Below are positions 8,916 to 18,744 of a stretch of 49,675 nt of DNA, in pieces; the stretch's first letter is position 1; every line of letters starts with the position of its first letter. Source of the DNA: a virus (Duplodnaviria > Caudoviricetes); the IMG/VR virus record IMGVR_UViG_3300020045_002457, positions 1-49,675 of that record; one strand, 5' to 3'. The notes below the pieces were generated by a model, which saw nothing but the letters and a program-made list of their open reading frames with translations, was not told the DNA's origin and did no database searches. The translations under genes were made by a program, and so were the position numbers.

Positions 8916-11288
8916 ATGCAACAATTACCACCCGCACTAGCGGCAATGGGCAACTACGCCCAATTTATGATCTATAAGCTCGTCCCGTCGGTATCGCGCC
9001 CCGGTAAAACCGATAAATTTCCTTGCAATGTGGTCACAGGTGAAGTGGTCAGCGCTCACGCATCGACTAATTGGGTGAGCGCTGACGTTGCGTGTGCTGA
9101 GGCGACCCGTCGCGGTACGGGTTGGGGCGTGGCGTTCGTATTTACCGACGACGATCCGTTTTTCTTTATTGATATCGACTCGTGCTTGGTTGACGGTCAA
9201 TGGACAAAACTCGCCACGGATTTATGCGCTCGATTCGCGGGTGCTGCGATTGAAGTATCACAATCAGGTAGTGGATTGCATATTATCGGCACCCTGTCGG
9301 GTGAAGTGCCTGAACATGGTTGTCGTAACGATCCGCTGCACCTCGAATGCTACACCGAGGGGCGCTTTATTGCGCTGACGGGTAATCATGCAACGGGTAG
9401 CGCGGTGACGGCTCACGATGGGGCGTTTGGCGCGTGCGTTGCTGAATTCTTTGCACCCTCCACAGGCGGTACGATATCGGGCGCTTGGACTACGACGCCA
9501 GCAGTCGGCAGCTTCCCAATTACCGATGACGATAAACTGATTGAGAAAGCGCTCAATTCCACAAGTGCGGCGAGTGCGTTTGGGGCGCGGGCCAGCTTTG
9601 CTGATTTGTGGAATTGTAACGTGCAGGCACTCGAAGCGGCTTATCCAGATGATGGGCGAGGGTACGACGCCAGCGCTGCCGATGCTGCACTTGCTCAACA
9701 TTTAGCGTTCTGGACGGGCGGTCAGTGCGATCGTATCGAGCGATTGATGCGCCGGTCGTGCTTGGCGCGCGCTAAATGGGATAAACACCGCTCGTATATG
9801 TCGCGCACGATTTGCGGCGCTACGGCGAAGCAGTCGAATTACTACAGTGTGGGCGCGCCACTACCGGCAGCACGACCCGTTGTCAAACCTGAGTTGCGCG
9901 CCGGTTATCAATATTTAGCGTTGACGCAAGTAATTGAACATTTTGACGGTTGCGTGTATGTGGCTGATGCGCATCGCATTTTGACGCCTAACGGCACTAT
10001 GCTCAAGACCGAACAATTTAATGCCATGTTTGGTGGCTATTCATTTGCGCTCGACGACTCGGGTGAGAAAACGACGAAGAAAGCATGGGAAGCATTTACC
10101 GAGTCGCAAGGCGTGACATTCCCCAAGGTAGATGGTTGCATTTTCCGCCCCATTGCCGAACCGCGCTCAATTATCGAGGAAGAAGGTCGTCGTCTCGTTA
10201 ATATTTATGTACCGATTCAAACCGATTCGCGCCCAGGCGATGTGGCGCCGTTTATGACGCATTTACGTAAAGTGCTACCCGATGCACGCGATCAACTTAT
10301 TTTATTGTCGTATATGGCGGCGTGTGTTCAATACAAAGGTTATAAGATTCAATGGGCTCCGTTGATTCAAGGGTGTGAGGGTAACGGTAAGACATTATTT
10401 ACCCGTTGCGTGGCGGCGGCGCTCGGACAGCGTTATACCCACATGCCGCCTGCCAAAGAGATTGACGAGAAATTTAATTCGTGGCTATTCGATAAGCTAT
10501 TCATCGGCGTTGAGGATATTTACGTACCCGAGGCCAAAGTAGAAATTCTCGAAGTGTTGAAGCCGATGATTACCGGTAACCGTCTCGCACGGCGCGCCAT
10601 GCAGCAAGATCAGGTTATGCAAGAAATGTGCGCTAATTTCATGTTCAACTCGAACCATCGTAACGCGATTAAAAAGACGTTGAACGACCGACGATTTGCG
10701 GTGATGTATACCGCCCAGCAACATGCAGTCGACTTGGTTCGCGATGGTATGGACGGCAATTACTTCCCGCACTTATACGATTGGCTCAATGGCGGCGGCT
10801 ATGCGTATGTGACGCACTTCTTAGAAAATTATGCAATACCTGTGGAGTTCAATCCCACACTGGGTTGCCAACGCGCACCCGATACAAGTTCAACCATCGA
10901 GGCCGTTGCCGCATCATTGGGCGGTGTGGAGCAAGAGATACTTGAAGCGATTGACGAAGGGCGGGCAGGTTTTGCTGGCGGTTGGGTATCATCGTACGCA
11001 TTGGATCGATTGATTGAAAAGTTACGCGCTGAGAGCCGCATACCACGTGGCAAACGACGCGAGATGATGAAGTCACTCGGTTACGATTATCATCCAGTGC
11101 TCAAGGATGGACGCGTGAATAATCCAATGTTGGGCGAGGGCGCGAATGGTGCCGGTAAGCCGCGCCTATACATCAAAGAGGGTCACATTCACACTAATTT
11201 GCACAACGGGGCGGAGATTGCTCGACTGTATCAAGCGGCGCAGGGCGATCCCCTGGCGATGGCTGAGACGACCGGAGCTGTCGCATAA
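8916..11288 (+). CDS. AEP primase-polymerase fused to SF3/D5-like helicase
   Basis: FFFIDID, EVSQSGSGLHI, Walker A GCEGNGKT, Walker B IGVED, DRRF. Confidence 0.92.
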   Translation: MQQLPPALAAMGNYAQFMIYKLVPSVSRPGKTDKFPCNVVTGEVVSAHASTNWVSADVACAEATRRGTGWGVAFVFTDDDPFFFIDIDSCLVDGQWTKLATDLCARFAGAAIEVSQSGSGLHIIGTLSGEVPEHGCRNDPLHLECYTEGRFIALTGNHATGSAVTAHDGAFGACVAEFFAPSTGGTISGAWTTTPAVGSFPITDDDKLIEKALNSTSAASAFGARASFADLWNCNVQALEAAYPDDGRGYDASAADAALAQHLAFWTGGQCDRIERLMRRSCLARAKWDKHRSYMSRTICGATAKQSNYYSVGAPLPAARPVVKPELRAGYQYLALTQVIEHFDGCVYVADAHRILTPNGTMLKTEQFNAMFGGYSFALDDSGEKTTKKAWEAFTESQGVTFPKVDGCIFRPIAEPRSIIEEEGRRLVNIYVPIQTDSRPGDVAPFMTHLRKVLPDARDQLILLSYMAACVQYKGYKIQWAPLIQGCEGNGKTLFTRCVAAALGQRYTHMPPAKEIDEKFNSWLFDKLFIGVEDIYVPEAKVEILEVLKPMITGNRLARRAMQQDQVMQEMCANFMFNSNHRNAIKKTLNDRRFAVMYTAQQHAVDLVRDGMDGNYFPHLYDWLNGGGYAYVTHFLENYAIPVEFNPTLGCQRAPDTSSTIEAVAASLGGVEQEILEAIDEGRAGFAGGWVSSYALDRLIEKLRAESRIPRGKRREMMKSLGYDYHPVLKDGRVNNPMLGEGANGAGKPRLYIKEGHIHTNLHNGAEIARLYQAAQGDPLAMAETTGAVA

Positions 11289-11296
11289 AATTAATA

Positions 11297-11317
11297 ACCC
11301 GCTTCGGCGGGTATTTT
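11297..11317 (+). terminator. Rho-independent terminator
   Basis: ACCCGC-TTCG-GCGGGT followed by ATTTT. Confidence 0.8.
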
Positions 11318-11328
11318 CATATTGGTGC

Positions 11329-11357
11329 TTGACAAGTTCGCCAGATGGTCATACAGT
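11329..11357 (+). promoter_or_regulatory. sigma70-like promoter
   Basis: TTGACA-17-TACAGT, with CGCCA at 11339. Confidence 0.75.
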
Positions 11358-11389
11358 GAGACGGTTAAACAACGTAACGAGGGTACATT

Positions 11390-11581
11390 ATGCAAATAAA
11401 TCAAAAGGGTGACCCAATTAAAGAATCACCTGTGTTCACATCTTGGCACCGTACCGATAATCCTGAAGAAATTGCAATTTCTATCAATTTACTGATGGAC
11501 CATCTTGGATTGGAGGTTTGGAAGACCAATGCAACTAAACATGGTGAATATGGTTTAGAGCTACGCAAGGTTGACGAATAA
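11390..11581 (+). CDS. Hypothetical protein
   Basis: GAGG RBS; first gene after the promoter. Confidence 0.7.
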   Translation: MQINQKGDPIKESPVFTSWHRTDNPEEIAISINLLMDHLGLEVWKTNATKHGEYGLELRKVDE

Positions 11582-11760
11582 TGTGCCACGCCCGCCGCGT
11601 TAACGATCAATACCACTGTGAGCGCTGCGGGTATCAATGGGACGTGTCGGATCAAGACGCGCCTACGTGTCGCACGGAACATGATGTGGCGATGGTGCGG
11701 TTGCGGGAAATTTTAAACATTGAGGAGAAGGGCGGTGAATCAAAGATTAGACCAGTTTGA
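11581..11760 (+). CDS. Small Cys-rich (putative Zn-binding) protein, 59 aa
   Basis: TAATG coupling; MCHARRVNDQYHCERCGYQWD...PTC; below the ORF-track cutoff. Confidence 0.6.
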   Translation: MCHARRVNDQYHCERCGYQWDVSDQDAPTCRTEHDVAMVRLREILNIEEKGGESKIRPV

Positions 11761-11905
11761 TGATGTTGACGCTATTGTATTCAGTAGCGACATGCTTCAT
11801 GTTGACGCAGAGCGCGAGGCATTCAAACAATACTTGGGGCGCTGGCAACGTGCTTTAAATGATTATGAACGGACGGCTGAGCCATGCCAACCTACCGAAT
11901 CCTAA
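11720..11905 (+). CDS. Hypothetical protein (start probably GTG 11735)
   Basis: Purine-rich RBS; ORF within the operon. Confidence 0.55.
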   Translation: MRRRAVNQRLDQFDDVDAIVFSSDMLHVDAEREAFKQYLGRWQRALNDYERTAEPCQPTES

Positions 11906-12072
11906 TCGCTGAGCCGCATCGTGAACTACGTGACGTTGTGCCGATAGTGGTGCAGGGGATTGCGATGCATAACGGTGAAGTGCGGGTTCGTTGTCGACCC
12001 GATGATGATTTATTTTATATATTCAAGCCCGAGTTGGGCGAGATTGAGGAGGTTTTAGATGAAAACGTTTGA
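11884..12072 (+). CDS. Hypothetical protein
   Basis: Overlapping ORF within the operon. Confidence 0.55.
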   Translation: MPTYRILIAEPHRELRDVVPIVVQGIAMHNGEVRVRCRPDDDLFYIFKPELGEIEEVLDENV

Positions 12073-12153
12073 TTGGGGTCGTGAAGAAATGGTTGATAGC
12101 CGCTATTTGTTTCTTTGCAGTCTTTCGATTTTATAAGTAATTCCACAGTGCCG

Positions 12154-12177
12154 AGCCCCGATAAGGGGCTTTTTTTT
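12154..12177 (+). terminator. Rho-independent terminator
   Basis: AGCCCC-GATAA-GGGGCT followed by T7. Confidence 0.85.
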
Positions 12178-12203
12178 CGTCCGTGTCATTGACGCAGCGA
12201 GTA

Positions 12204-12266
12204 AATGTCATTTGTGCCATTGGAAACCGCTGTAGCAATGATGACCGAATGTCATTTGTGCCATTG
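12204..12266. repeat. 19-bp direct repeat x2
   Basis: aatgtcatttgtgccattg at 12204-12222 and 12248-12266. Confidence 0.85.
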
Positions 12267-12305
12267 CTCAACATAATGGCTCTGTCGCCACTTCACCCTA
12301 CACAC

Positions 12306-12524
12306 AAAATTGGGTTTTGTTTTTGGGTACGCTAAGTCGTTGATTCATAACGATAAACCACTATTTTACCCAAAAACATAGGGGTGCTACCTATTCACGG
12401 CTGGCGGGTCGTGGGTGGCAGGGTATAGTCTCTTTTATATAATACCTACGGTATTTATTTTATTGGGTAATTGGGTAAATAGTAGTATATAGCAGTAGAA
12501 TCAACGACTTAGCGAATACCCCGA
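12306..12524. repeat. Dispersed inverted-repeat element, copy 1 (origin-like)
   Basis: 16-bp IR gctaagtcgttgattc (12331) / gaatcaacgacttagc (12498), TTGGGT iterons, AT-rich core; homologous to 29333-29540. Confidence 0.85.
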
Positions 12525-12609
12525 ACCGATACCCCGAAGCTATATGACTAAATTTTGTGGGGTGTATTGTCGCAAGCGTCAAGTGTGTGGCAATATTGGG
12601 GCATGATTT

Positions 12610-13047
12610 GTGGATATGGTGAATGACGTGGCGTTGACGGTGAAGAAGGAGCATTTTGCGAGAGCATTTGTGGAAACCTCGAATCAATCCGAGGCGTATC
12701 GTCGCGCCTACAACACGTCAAAGATGAAAACCGAAACAATTGCGAAGCGTGCGAGCGAATTGATGCAAGACGGGGAGGTGGCGGGTATGGTCGCCGAGTT
12801 GAAGGCCGTACATGCCAAACGCCACGCCGTAACGGTGGACTCATTGATCGCAGAGCTAGAGGAAGCCCGTAACGTAGCGCTCGACACTCACCCTCCGCAG
12901 AGTAGCGCCGCTGTGGCAGCAACGATGGGTAAGGCGAAACTGTGCGGCCTCGATAAGCAATTGGTCGAGTTGAGCGGCAACGTCGGCGTGAACCTCACCA
13001 CAGCACAACGCACCGTCTTGGACAAAGCGCTCGATGACGGCTACTAG
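12610..13047 (+). CDS. terS: Terminase small subunit
   Basis: LT.K.E.FA..FV...NQSEAYRRAY HTH; AATMGKAKLCGL; lies directly before terL. Confidence 0.88.
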   Translation: MDMVNDVALTVKKEHFARAFVETSNQSEAYRRAYNTSKMKTETIAKRASELMQDGEVAGMVAELKAVHAKRHAVTVDSLIAELEEARNVALDTHPPQSSAAVAATMGKAKLCGLDKQLVELSGNVGVNLTTAQRTVLDKALDDGY

Positions 13048-14491
13048 CATCACCGCCGCTCACCTGGTCGAACGAATCCGCGAACGGTGCGAGGACGATT
13101 TTAAGTTTTTCGTTCGTTACTTTTTCAAAACGATCAAAGGGTCGAAATTCGTATTCTCAGCGCACCATGACGAGATTTGCGATGCGCTGATGGACGTGTT
13201 TTACGGGCGAACAAGTCATCTCATTATCAATATGCCGCCTCGGTATTCCAAAACCGAGCTAGCTGTGAAAATGTTCGTAGCGTGGTGTTTCGTCAAAAAC
13301 CCCAAGTGCGAATTCATTCACTTGTCGTATGCTGACATTCTCGCACTGGATAATTCTGACACGATTAAGCAGGTCATCAAGTCGAGCGAGTTCGCCCAGT
13401 TGTGGCCCGACATTGCGATCATGCAGAACAAAGACTCGAAGAAAGCATGGGGAACGTCAGACGGTGGTGTGTTCTACGCTACGTCAGCGGGTGGTCCAAT
13501 CACTGGTTTCGGCGCGGGCAAGATTGACGACTTCACGAACGGTAACGGCTTCGGCGGCGCAATCATCATTGACGATCCGTTAAAGCCGGACGACGCCTAC
13601 AGCGATCCAAAGCGCACCGCAATTAACCGCCGATGGGATGAAACGATCAAGTCACGGTTCAATTCGCGCAACACGCCGTGCATTGTGATCATGCAGCGAA
13701 TCCACGAGGATGATTTTTGTGGCGTGTTACTGACCGACAGCGAGTACAAGTTTCGCCATTTGGTACTACCGGCAATCGTTGATGAAGGCGAACCGACGGA
13801 GCGCGCTTTGTGGCCTGCGAAGCACTCGCTTGAGTCACTTCATGCGATGCGCTCGAAAAATTCATACATGTTCGCTTCACAGATGCAGCAGCGGCCTTCT
13901 CCGCTCGGTGGCGGCATTTTGAAGGGTGCTTGGTTCGGTAGGTACTCTGTGCTTCCTAAAATGCAATGGCGGGCGGTTTTTGTCGATACTGCGCAAAAAG
14001 CAAAACAGCACAATGATTACCAGGTTGCGGAGTGTTGGGGGCTTGGTGAGGACGGCAATCTGTACTTGATCGATGTCATGCGCGATAAATTTCAAGCGTA
14101 CGAACTTGAAACGCGCATTCCTGATTTTTGGAATAAACACCGCGCCGACAAAAACGGTCGATTGCGATTCATGGCAGTCGAGGATAAATCATCGGGAACC
14201 GAGTTGATCCAGAAGATTCAAAAGGTGATCAAGCCGAAGATACCTGTTCGCCCGATTCCACGTGGACCAGACGCGAATAAGTTGACGCGGGTAATGGACG
14301 TGCAAGGTTATATCGAGGCGGGATATGTGAAATTGCCGACGGAAGCGTCATGGGTGAACGACTTCATTGCTGAATGCGAAGCCTTCACCGCTGACGATAC
14401 GCATAAACATGACGACCAAATTGACCCGATGTGCGATGCAATTAGCCAGATGCTGCACAACGGGCGAACGAGTCTTGCTGATATGTTGTGA
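13034..14491 (+). CDS. terL: Terminase large subunit
   Basis: NMPPRYSKT Walker A, IIIDDP Walker B, MQRIH, VDTA, HDDQID nuclease motifs. Confidence 0.95.
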   Translation: MTATSITAAHLVERIRERCEDDFKFFVRYFFKTIKGSKFVFSAHHDEICDALMDVFYGRTSHLIINMPPRYSKTELAVKMFVAWCFVKNPKCEFIHLSYADILALDNSDTIKQVIKSSEFAQLWPDIAIMQNKDSKKAWGTSDGGVFYATSAGGPITGFGAGKIDDFTNGNGFGGAIIIDDPLKPDDAYSDPKRTAINRRWDETIKSRFNSRNTPCIVIMQRIHEDDFCGVLLTDSEYKFRHLVLPAIVDEGEPTERALWPAKHSLESLHAMRSKNSYMFASQMQQRPSPLGGGILKGAWFGRYSVLPKMQWRAVFVDTAQKAKQHNDYQVAECWGLGEDGNLYLIDVMRDKFQAYELETRIPDFWNKHRADKNGRLRFMAVEDKSSGTELIQKIQKVIKPKIPVRPIPRGPDANKLTRVMDVQGYIEAGYVKLPTEASWVNDFIAECEAFTADDTHKHDDQIDPMCDAISQMLHNGRTSLADML

Positions 14492-14531
14492 TAAACTCAC
14501 ATAATCTACCAATTAACGAGGCGCTTTACTC

Positions 14532-15932
14532 ATGACGTCTAAATCCGTATCAACTGCCGACGGGCTTGTCAATGTGATGAGCGGCCTCGGTACGAACCGA
14601 AGCAAACGAGCTTACAACGAGTTCCAGTATGCCAACTTGAATAGTTGGCAACAAATGGATGCGGCATTCCAGACCAATTGGTTAGCGCGTCAAATTGTGG
14701 AAGTACCCGCCGAAGATATGACGCGTGAATGGCGAACCATCAAGTCCGCTGACGCCGAAGCGATCCGCATCGAAGAAGATCGACACATGATCGCCAGCCA
14801 GATCAATGACGCGATATGTTGGGCGCGATTGTTTGGTGGCGCCGGTATGTTAATGATTACGGGTCAAGACTTGACAATGCCTCTCAATGTGAACCGTATC
14901 AAGAAAGGCGGATTGCAACGTGTCATCGTGTTTGACCGTTGGGATATGTCAGCAATGGGCATGAACACTTGGAACGTGCTGAGCGAGAACTACCTCAAAC
15001 CTGAGTTCTACGCGATCAAGGGCGGTAATCAGCAAATCCACTGGTCACACTTTGCACGCTTCAACGGTGCCAAACTACCGCGCCGCCAATTAGCCATTAC
15101 GCAAGGATGGGGCGACTCAGAGTTACGCAAATGCCTCGACGACATCATGGATATGGTCGCATCGAAAGACGGTATTGCTGAGTTGATGCAAGAGGCGAAC
15201 GTCGATGTGATTACCCGCACCGGGCTGGCTGATGAACTAGCCAGTGATCAAGACACGGCCATTACGGATCGTTACGCGCTATTTGGTCAGATGAAGTCTA
15301 TTGTCAAATTGGCACTATTGGACGGTGACGAAACGTACGACCGCAAAACGCTCAATTTGTCCGGTGTAGCCCCAATCATCGAGCTGTTCATGACGTGGAT
15401 CAGCGGTGCGGCCGATATTCCTCTCACACGGTTATTCGGTACATCGGCTAAAGGTCTCAACGCTACGGGCGAGGGTGATTTGTCGCATTATTACAACTCG
15501 ATCCGCTCGAAGCAAACGACGCAACTTGATCCAGGTATGCGCGTGCTCGATGAAGTGTTAGTACGTTCGGCGCTCGGATATTGGCCCGATGATTTTAATT
15601 ACATTTGGAATCCGCTCGCTCAACCAAGCGCGACAGAGATTGCAACGGCGCTCAAACTTAATGCCGAACGCGATCAGGTATATGTGGACATGGGCGCTGT
15701 GGACGTGTCGCAAGTAATGACCAATTTACAAGCCGACGAGCTGTATCAATTCGAGGAAGGTGTGATCGAGGAGCGCATTGCCGCCGAAGCGGATTTTGAG
15801 ATTGTTGACCCGAGCCAGCGCGTAGAACCAACACAGTCGGCACTTGATACCGAGACGTACATTGAAGCGTATCGGTCACTGATTGCCGATGGCGTGACGC
15901 CTGGGGCGGCTATAGCCACATTGAATATTTGA
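14532..15932 (+). CDS. Portal protein (DUF1073/anti-CBASS-like annotated family)
   Basis: Follows terL; NWLARQIVEVPAEDMTREW, SGAADIPLTRLFG. Confidence 0.85.
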   Translation: MTSKSVSTADGLVNVMSGLGTNRSKRAYNEFQYANLNSWQQMDAAFQTNWLARQIVEVPAEDMTREWRTIKSADAEAIRIEEDRHMIASQINDAICWARLFGGAGMLMITGQDLTMPLNVNRIKKGGLQRVIVFDRWDMSAMGMNTWNVLSENYLKPEFYAIKGGNQQIHWSHFARFNGAKLPRRQLAITQGWGDSELRKCLDDIMDMVASKDGIAELMQEANVDVITRTGLADELASDQDTAITDRYALFGQMKSIVKLALLDGDETYDRKTLNLSGVAPIIELFMTWISGAADIPLTRLFGTSAKGLNATGEGDLSHYYNSIRSKQTTQLDPGMRVLDEVLVRSALGYWPDDFNYIWNPLAQPSATEIATALKLNAERDQVYVDMGAVDVSQVMTNLQADELYQFEEGVIEERIAAEADFEIVDPSQRVEPTQSALDTETYIEAYRSLIADGVTPGAAIATLNI

Positions 15933-15962
15933 TGAGATACGGGGCGCATTGCCCCGTTGTTG

Positions 15963-16187
15963 TTACAGCCAGGCTACATACAGCGACATCGCGCCAATTA
16001 TTAATCGATACGCTGTATCGCCGTTATTTACAACACGACAAACACTGACGATGTGAGTGGACTGCGACGATTTTTCGGTATTGCACCATGACCCAGATTT
16101 GGCAAATATAGTACCGATCATCAACCGACCCACCGTGAACGCAGCCTCTAAATCAAATGGTTTAATGACCACGTAAACTCTCCTCAA
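15963..16187 (-). CDS. Hypothetical protein
   Basis: Last ORF of the minus-strand island; a hairpin at 15939-15957 separates it from the portal gene. Confidence 0.5.
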   Translation of the reverse strand: MRRVYVVIKPFDLEAAFTVGRLMIGTIFAKSGSWCNTEKSSQSTHIVSVCRVVNNGDTAYRLIIGAMSLYVAWL

Positions 16188-16659
16188 TCATACGTTTCGC
16201 TTCAATCAATGCGCTCAAAGTGTGACCTTGAGTCGCTACGTTAATCAGTGATTCGAGCCATGTAAACGACTCGCGTACTAATTTCAATTCGTTACCTGTC
16301 GCTCGATATACTTGCTTCTCGTTGAATCGATTACCAATGTCGGCCAATGCTTCGGCGGCTTTCTCGAATACTTCCTGCGACGGTTTAACTGATTCTTTCG
16401 TTGAATCCGTACCGTACTGATGCAAGCGTTTCGCCAAGCAAAACCCGAATAGGTTCATTTCGTTGAGTCGTATGAAACCATCCGTATCAATCCACGGCGC
16501 GCTCGTTGCGGTGCCGACCAAGGCGGTCAGAGCGGCATATGCAGTCGTTAGCAACTGATTCGCCGCTTCGGGGTCTTGCTGTGCGACAGAATGCTTCGTC
16601 ATCATCGTATTAATAGCATTCCAGCCGGCGGCTTGGTTAACAGTACGTTGGCGGCTCAT
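16162..16659 (-). CDS. Hypothetical protein
   Basis: ATGA-coupled 165-aa ORF. Confidence 0.75.
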   Translation of the reverse strand: MSRQRTVNQAAGWNAINTMMTKHSVAQQDPEAANQLLTTAYAALTALVGTATSAPWIDTDGFIRLNEMNLFGFCLAKRLHQYGTDSTKESVKPSQEVFEKAAEALADIGNRFNEKQVYRATGNELKLVRESFTWLESLINVATQGHTLSALIEAKRMIEESLRGH

Positions 16660-16844
16660 TTGGTATGCTCCGACTCAATCAGATCGTCCAATATACGGGT
16701 CAATTCTTCGCCGTCAATTTCAATCGTTGGCGCATACAGCATAAGCGCCCGATAACGAATTGCATCTTTTCGGATTGGTTCTAGCGATTCTTCAATGGCG
16801 TCTCTAATTCCAATCGAATCGACGTTAATTGTAATGGTCGTCAT
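16656..16844 (-). CDS. Hypothetical protein
   Basis: Coupled ORF with a KDAIRYRAL motif; GGAG RBS. Confidence 0.7.
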   Translation of the reverse strand: MTTITINVDSIGIRDAIEESLEPIRKDAIRYRALMLYAPTIEIDGEELTRILDDLIESEHTK

Positions 16845-16948
16845 TTCATCAACTCCCGAACGTCACGATTCAAGCGGTCAACGATGACCACCAAGTAAAT
16901 ATTGAAAACAACCGATACTGCGATCAGTGCGTAAATTGTGGTGGTCAT
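16841..16948 (-). CDS. Small membrane peptide (35 aa)
   Basis: MTTTIYALIAVSVVFNIYLVVIVDRLNRDVRELMK; GGAG RBS; ATGA-coupled. Confidence 0.55.
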   Translation of the reverse strand: MTTTIYALIAVSVVFNIYLVVIVDRLNRDVRELMK

Positions 16949-17030
16949 CGTTTCTGCTCCAAGTAAAAGCACACGCGGCGTCTGTTGCGCATGTTACATG
17001 ATGTCATGCTGGTTAGTTTACGGCGGGTCA

Positions 17031-17426
17031 TTATGTGCGACCCATCAGTGCGATTTTCGCCAGTCTGTTAGGGTTAAAATCGGCGGGAAATACCAACACC
17101 TCATGACCGTCTGAGTTAGTCATCAGTTGCGGTCGTACGTTTGCAATTTCTTTCAACGCCGCTAACAACTCGTCACGCTGTTGCGTTAGGTCTCGAACAT
17201 CAACAGGGACATACCCCGGTTCAAGCACTCGAACGAGAAACTGAGGGGTCCCGCCTGATGTCACTGTCATTTCATTATTGACCCCGACGTATTCCTTAAT
17301 TAGTGCAATGAATTCTTGCGTTACATCAGTTTGATTTGCTGCCCAAACTTTCCCGCATTTTAATAACGATCCTGCGTAGATGATTCGGGTTAGTGGTGAC
17401 ATACCCAGCGTTAGCTTTTTGCTCAT
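17031..17426 (-). CDS. Hypothetical protein (MSKKLTLGMSPLT...)
   Basis: Start ATG 17426 with AAGGGG RBS; this start avoids overlap with the plus-strand head gene. Confidence 0.7.
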   Translation of the reverse strand: MSKKLTLGMSPLTRIIYAGSLLKCGKVWAANQTDVTQEFIALIKEYVGVNNEMTVTSGGTPQFLVRVLEPGYVPVDVRDLTQQRDELLAALKEIANVRPQLMTNSDGHEVLVFPADFNPNRLAKIALMGRT

Positions 17427-17453
17427 CGGTGTAACCCCTTCCCATGTGGTAAT

Positions 17454-18263
17454 ATGATCAAATATATCAGTCATTGGCGAGGCGGTCAAGTGAAACAAGT
17501 CGGTATTTCGTACAATGTGCAACTGCAAAAAGTGGTTCGTGCGGTGAAGCGCGACATTGACGCACAAATCGTGCCGTTACTAAAGACGCTCGCCCCGCAA
17601 TACGTTCAAGACGGTTGGGCCGATACGATCAATGTGGTTATTCAGCAACTACTCGCCAAGTGGACAAGCCCGCTCGCACGTCACGCAGCGAATCAAATCG
17701 CTTCGTCATTCGTCAATACCGCATTTAAAGCGTCAGAGGGCAAACAGAAGCGCTCGCTCGGTATTGACCAATTCAGCAACTCGGTACAAATGAAAGAGAC
17801 GCTGCAGGCCGCGACGATGCAGAACGCGCGACTCATTACGTCAATTCCCGCTCAATACCTTGAACAAGTGTCGAATGTGGTCATGGGGAACATGCGCCAG
17901 GGTATGCGACCCAGCGCGATTGAGTCGGAGCTGATGGATCAGTTTGGTATTACGAAACGACGCGCTAAATTTATCGCACGCGATCAGACCGCCAAGGTGC
18001 AAGGTGAATTGACCAAACAGCGCCAAATCGACGCGGGTTATCAATATTTCAAATGGATTGATTCAGAGGATCAGCGCGTACGTCACCGTCATCACGAGAT
18101 AGCCACAGCAACGACGCCGTACGGTGTTGGAGTGTATCGCTGGACCAAATTGCCGCTGAGTGATAACGGGCAACCGATCCAGCCGGGTAGTGATTATAAT
18201 TGCAGGTGTACCGCTATTCCGGTGGATGACGATGATGTTGCGGAGTTTCAGGCGAAGAGGTGA
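17454..18263 (+). CDS. Head morphogenesis protein (SPP1 gp7/Mu F family)
   Basis: RAKFIARDQTAK, W..SED.RVRHRH, PG.DYNCRCTA; start may be GTG 17490. Confidence 0.9.
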   Translation: MIKYISHWRGGQVKQVGISYNVQLQKVVRAVKRDIDAQIVPLLKTLAPQYVQDGWADTINVVIQQLLAKWTSPLARHAANQIASSFVNTAFKASEGKQKRSLGIDQFSNSVQMKETLQAATMQNARLITSIPAQYLEQVSNVVMGNMRQGMRPSAIESELMDQFGITKRRAKFIARDQTAKVQGELTKQRQIDAGYQYFKWIDSEDQRVRHRHHEIATATTPYGVGVYRWTKLPLSDNGQPIQPGSDYNCRCTAIPVDDDDVAEFQAKR

Positions 18264-18744
18264 TTTGACTACGTGCAATTTGCACCAGCCGTGGGTCAGC
18301 CTTGGTCAACACGTCAAGTAGTAGTCGTTTCTCTTCCAAGTACGTGACGGCAAATTTTGGATCATGCTCGACAATACTTGATGTATTACTAATCAGATCG
18401 GCAACTTTGATCGTTTGAATCCAGTCTGGTGCGGCGGCTAATCTAATGCGACTCGCTGCCTTACGCTCGGCGCGATTACCTGTTTCAAGGTCGGACAGTA
18501 ACTGAACGCCGCGCATCACCCATGCACCAAAACGGCAATCCAACGTTTGCAGCCTCACGCCCTGATCTTCCACAGTATCGTGCAGCCACGCCACAGCGAT
18601 ACTGTGATAATCACCACCAACCGCTGCTACAATTCCCGCCACCTCGGCCAGATGATCGCTATACGGATTTCCGGTGTATTTGCGGCGCTGATTGGCGTGT
18701 ACTTCACGCGCGAACAACATCGCCTCGTATGCTAATTGACTCAT
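18214..18744 (-). CDS. HD-domain hydrolase, RelA/SpoT-hydrolase (SAH/Mesh1)-like
   Basis: FAREVHANQRRKYTGNPY..HL.EV, AWLHDTVED, IKVADLISN; start ATG 18744 coupled to the upstream stop. Confidence 0.85.
   Translation of the reverse strand: MSQLAYEAMLFAREVHANQRRKYTGNPYSDHLAEVAGIVAAVGGDYHSIAVAWLHDTVEDQGVRLQTLDCRFGAWVMRGVQLLSDLETGNRAERKAASRIRLAAAPDWIQTIKVADLISNTSSIVEHDPKFAVTYLEEKRLLLDVLTKADPRLVQIARSQITSSPETPQHHRHPPE

Noticed and set aside
9264-9701. Long antisense or alternative-frame ORFs (e.g. 9264-9701, 20245-20736, 34392-34805, 2534-2923)
   Set aside because: Fully nested in well-supported genes, with no RBS or recognisable motifs
12306-12524. MITE or IS element
   Set aside because: The IRs are internal to the conserved unit, there is no target-site duplication or transposase, and conservation is blockwise like binding sites
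17427-17567. 5' extension of minus ORF 17031..17567 (likewise 18745-18864 and 4568-4612)
   Set aside because: These extensions overlap neighbouring real genes; better starts with an RBS or coupling exist downstream
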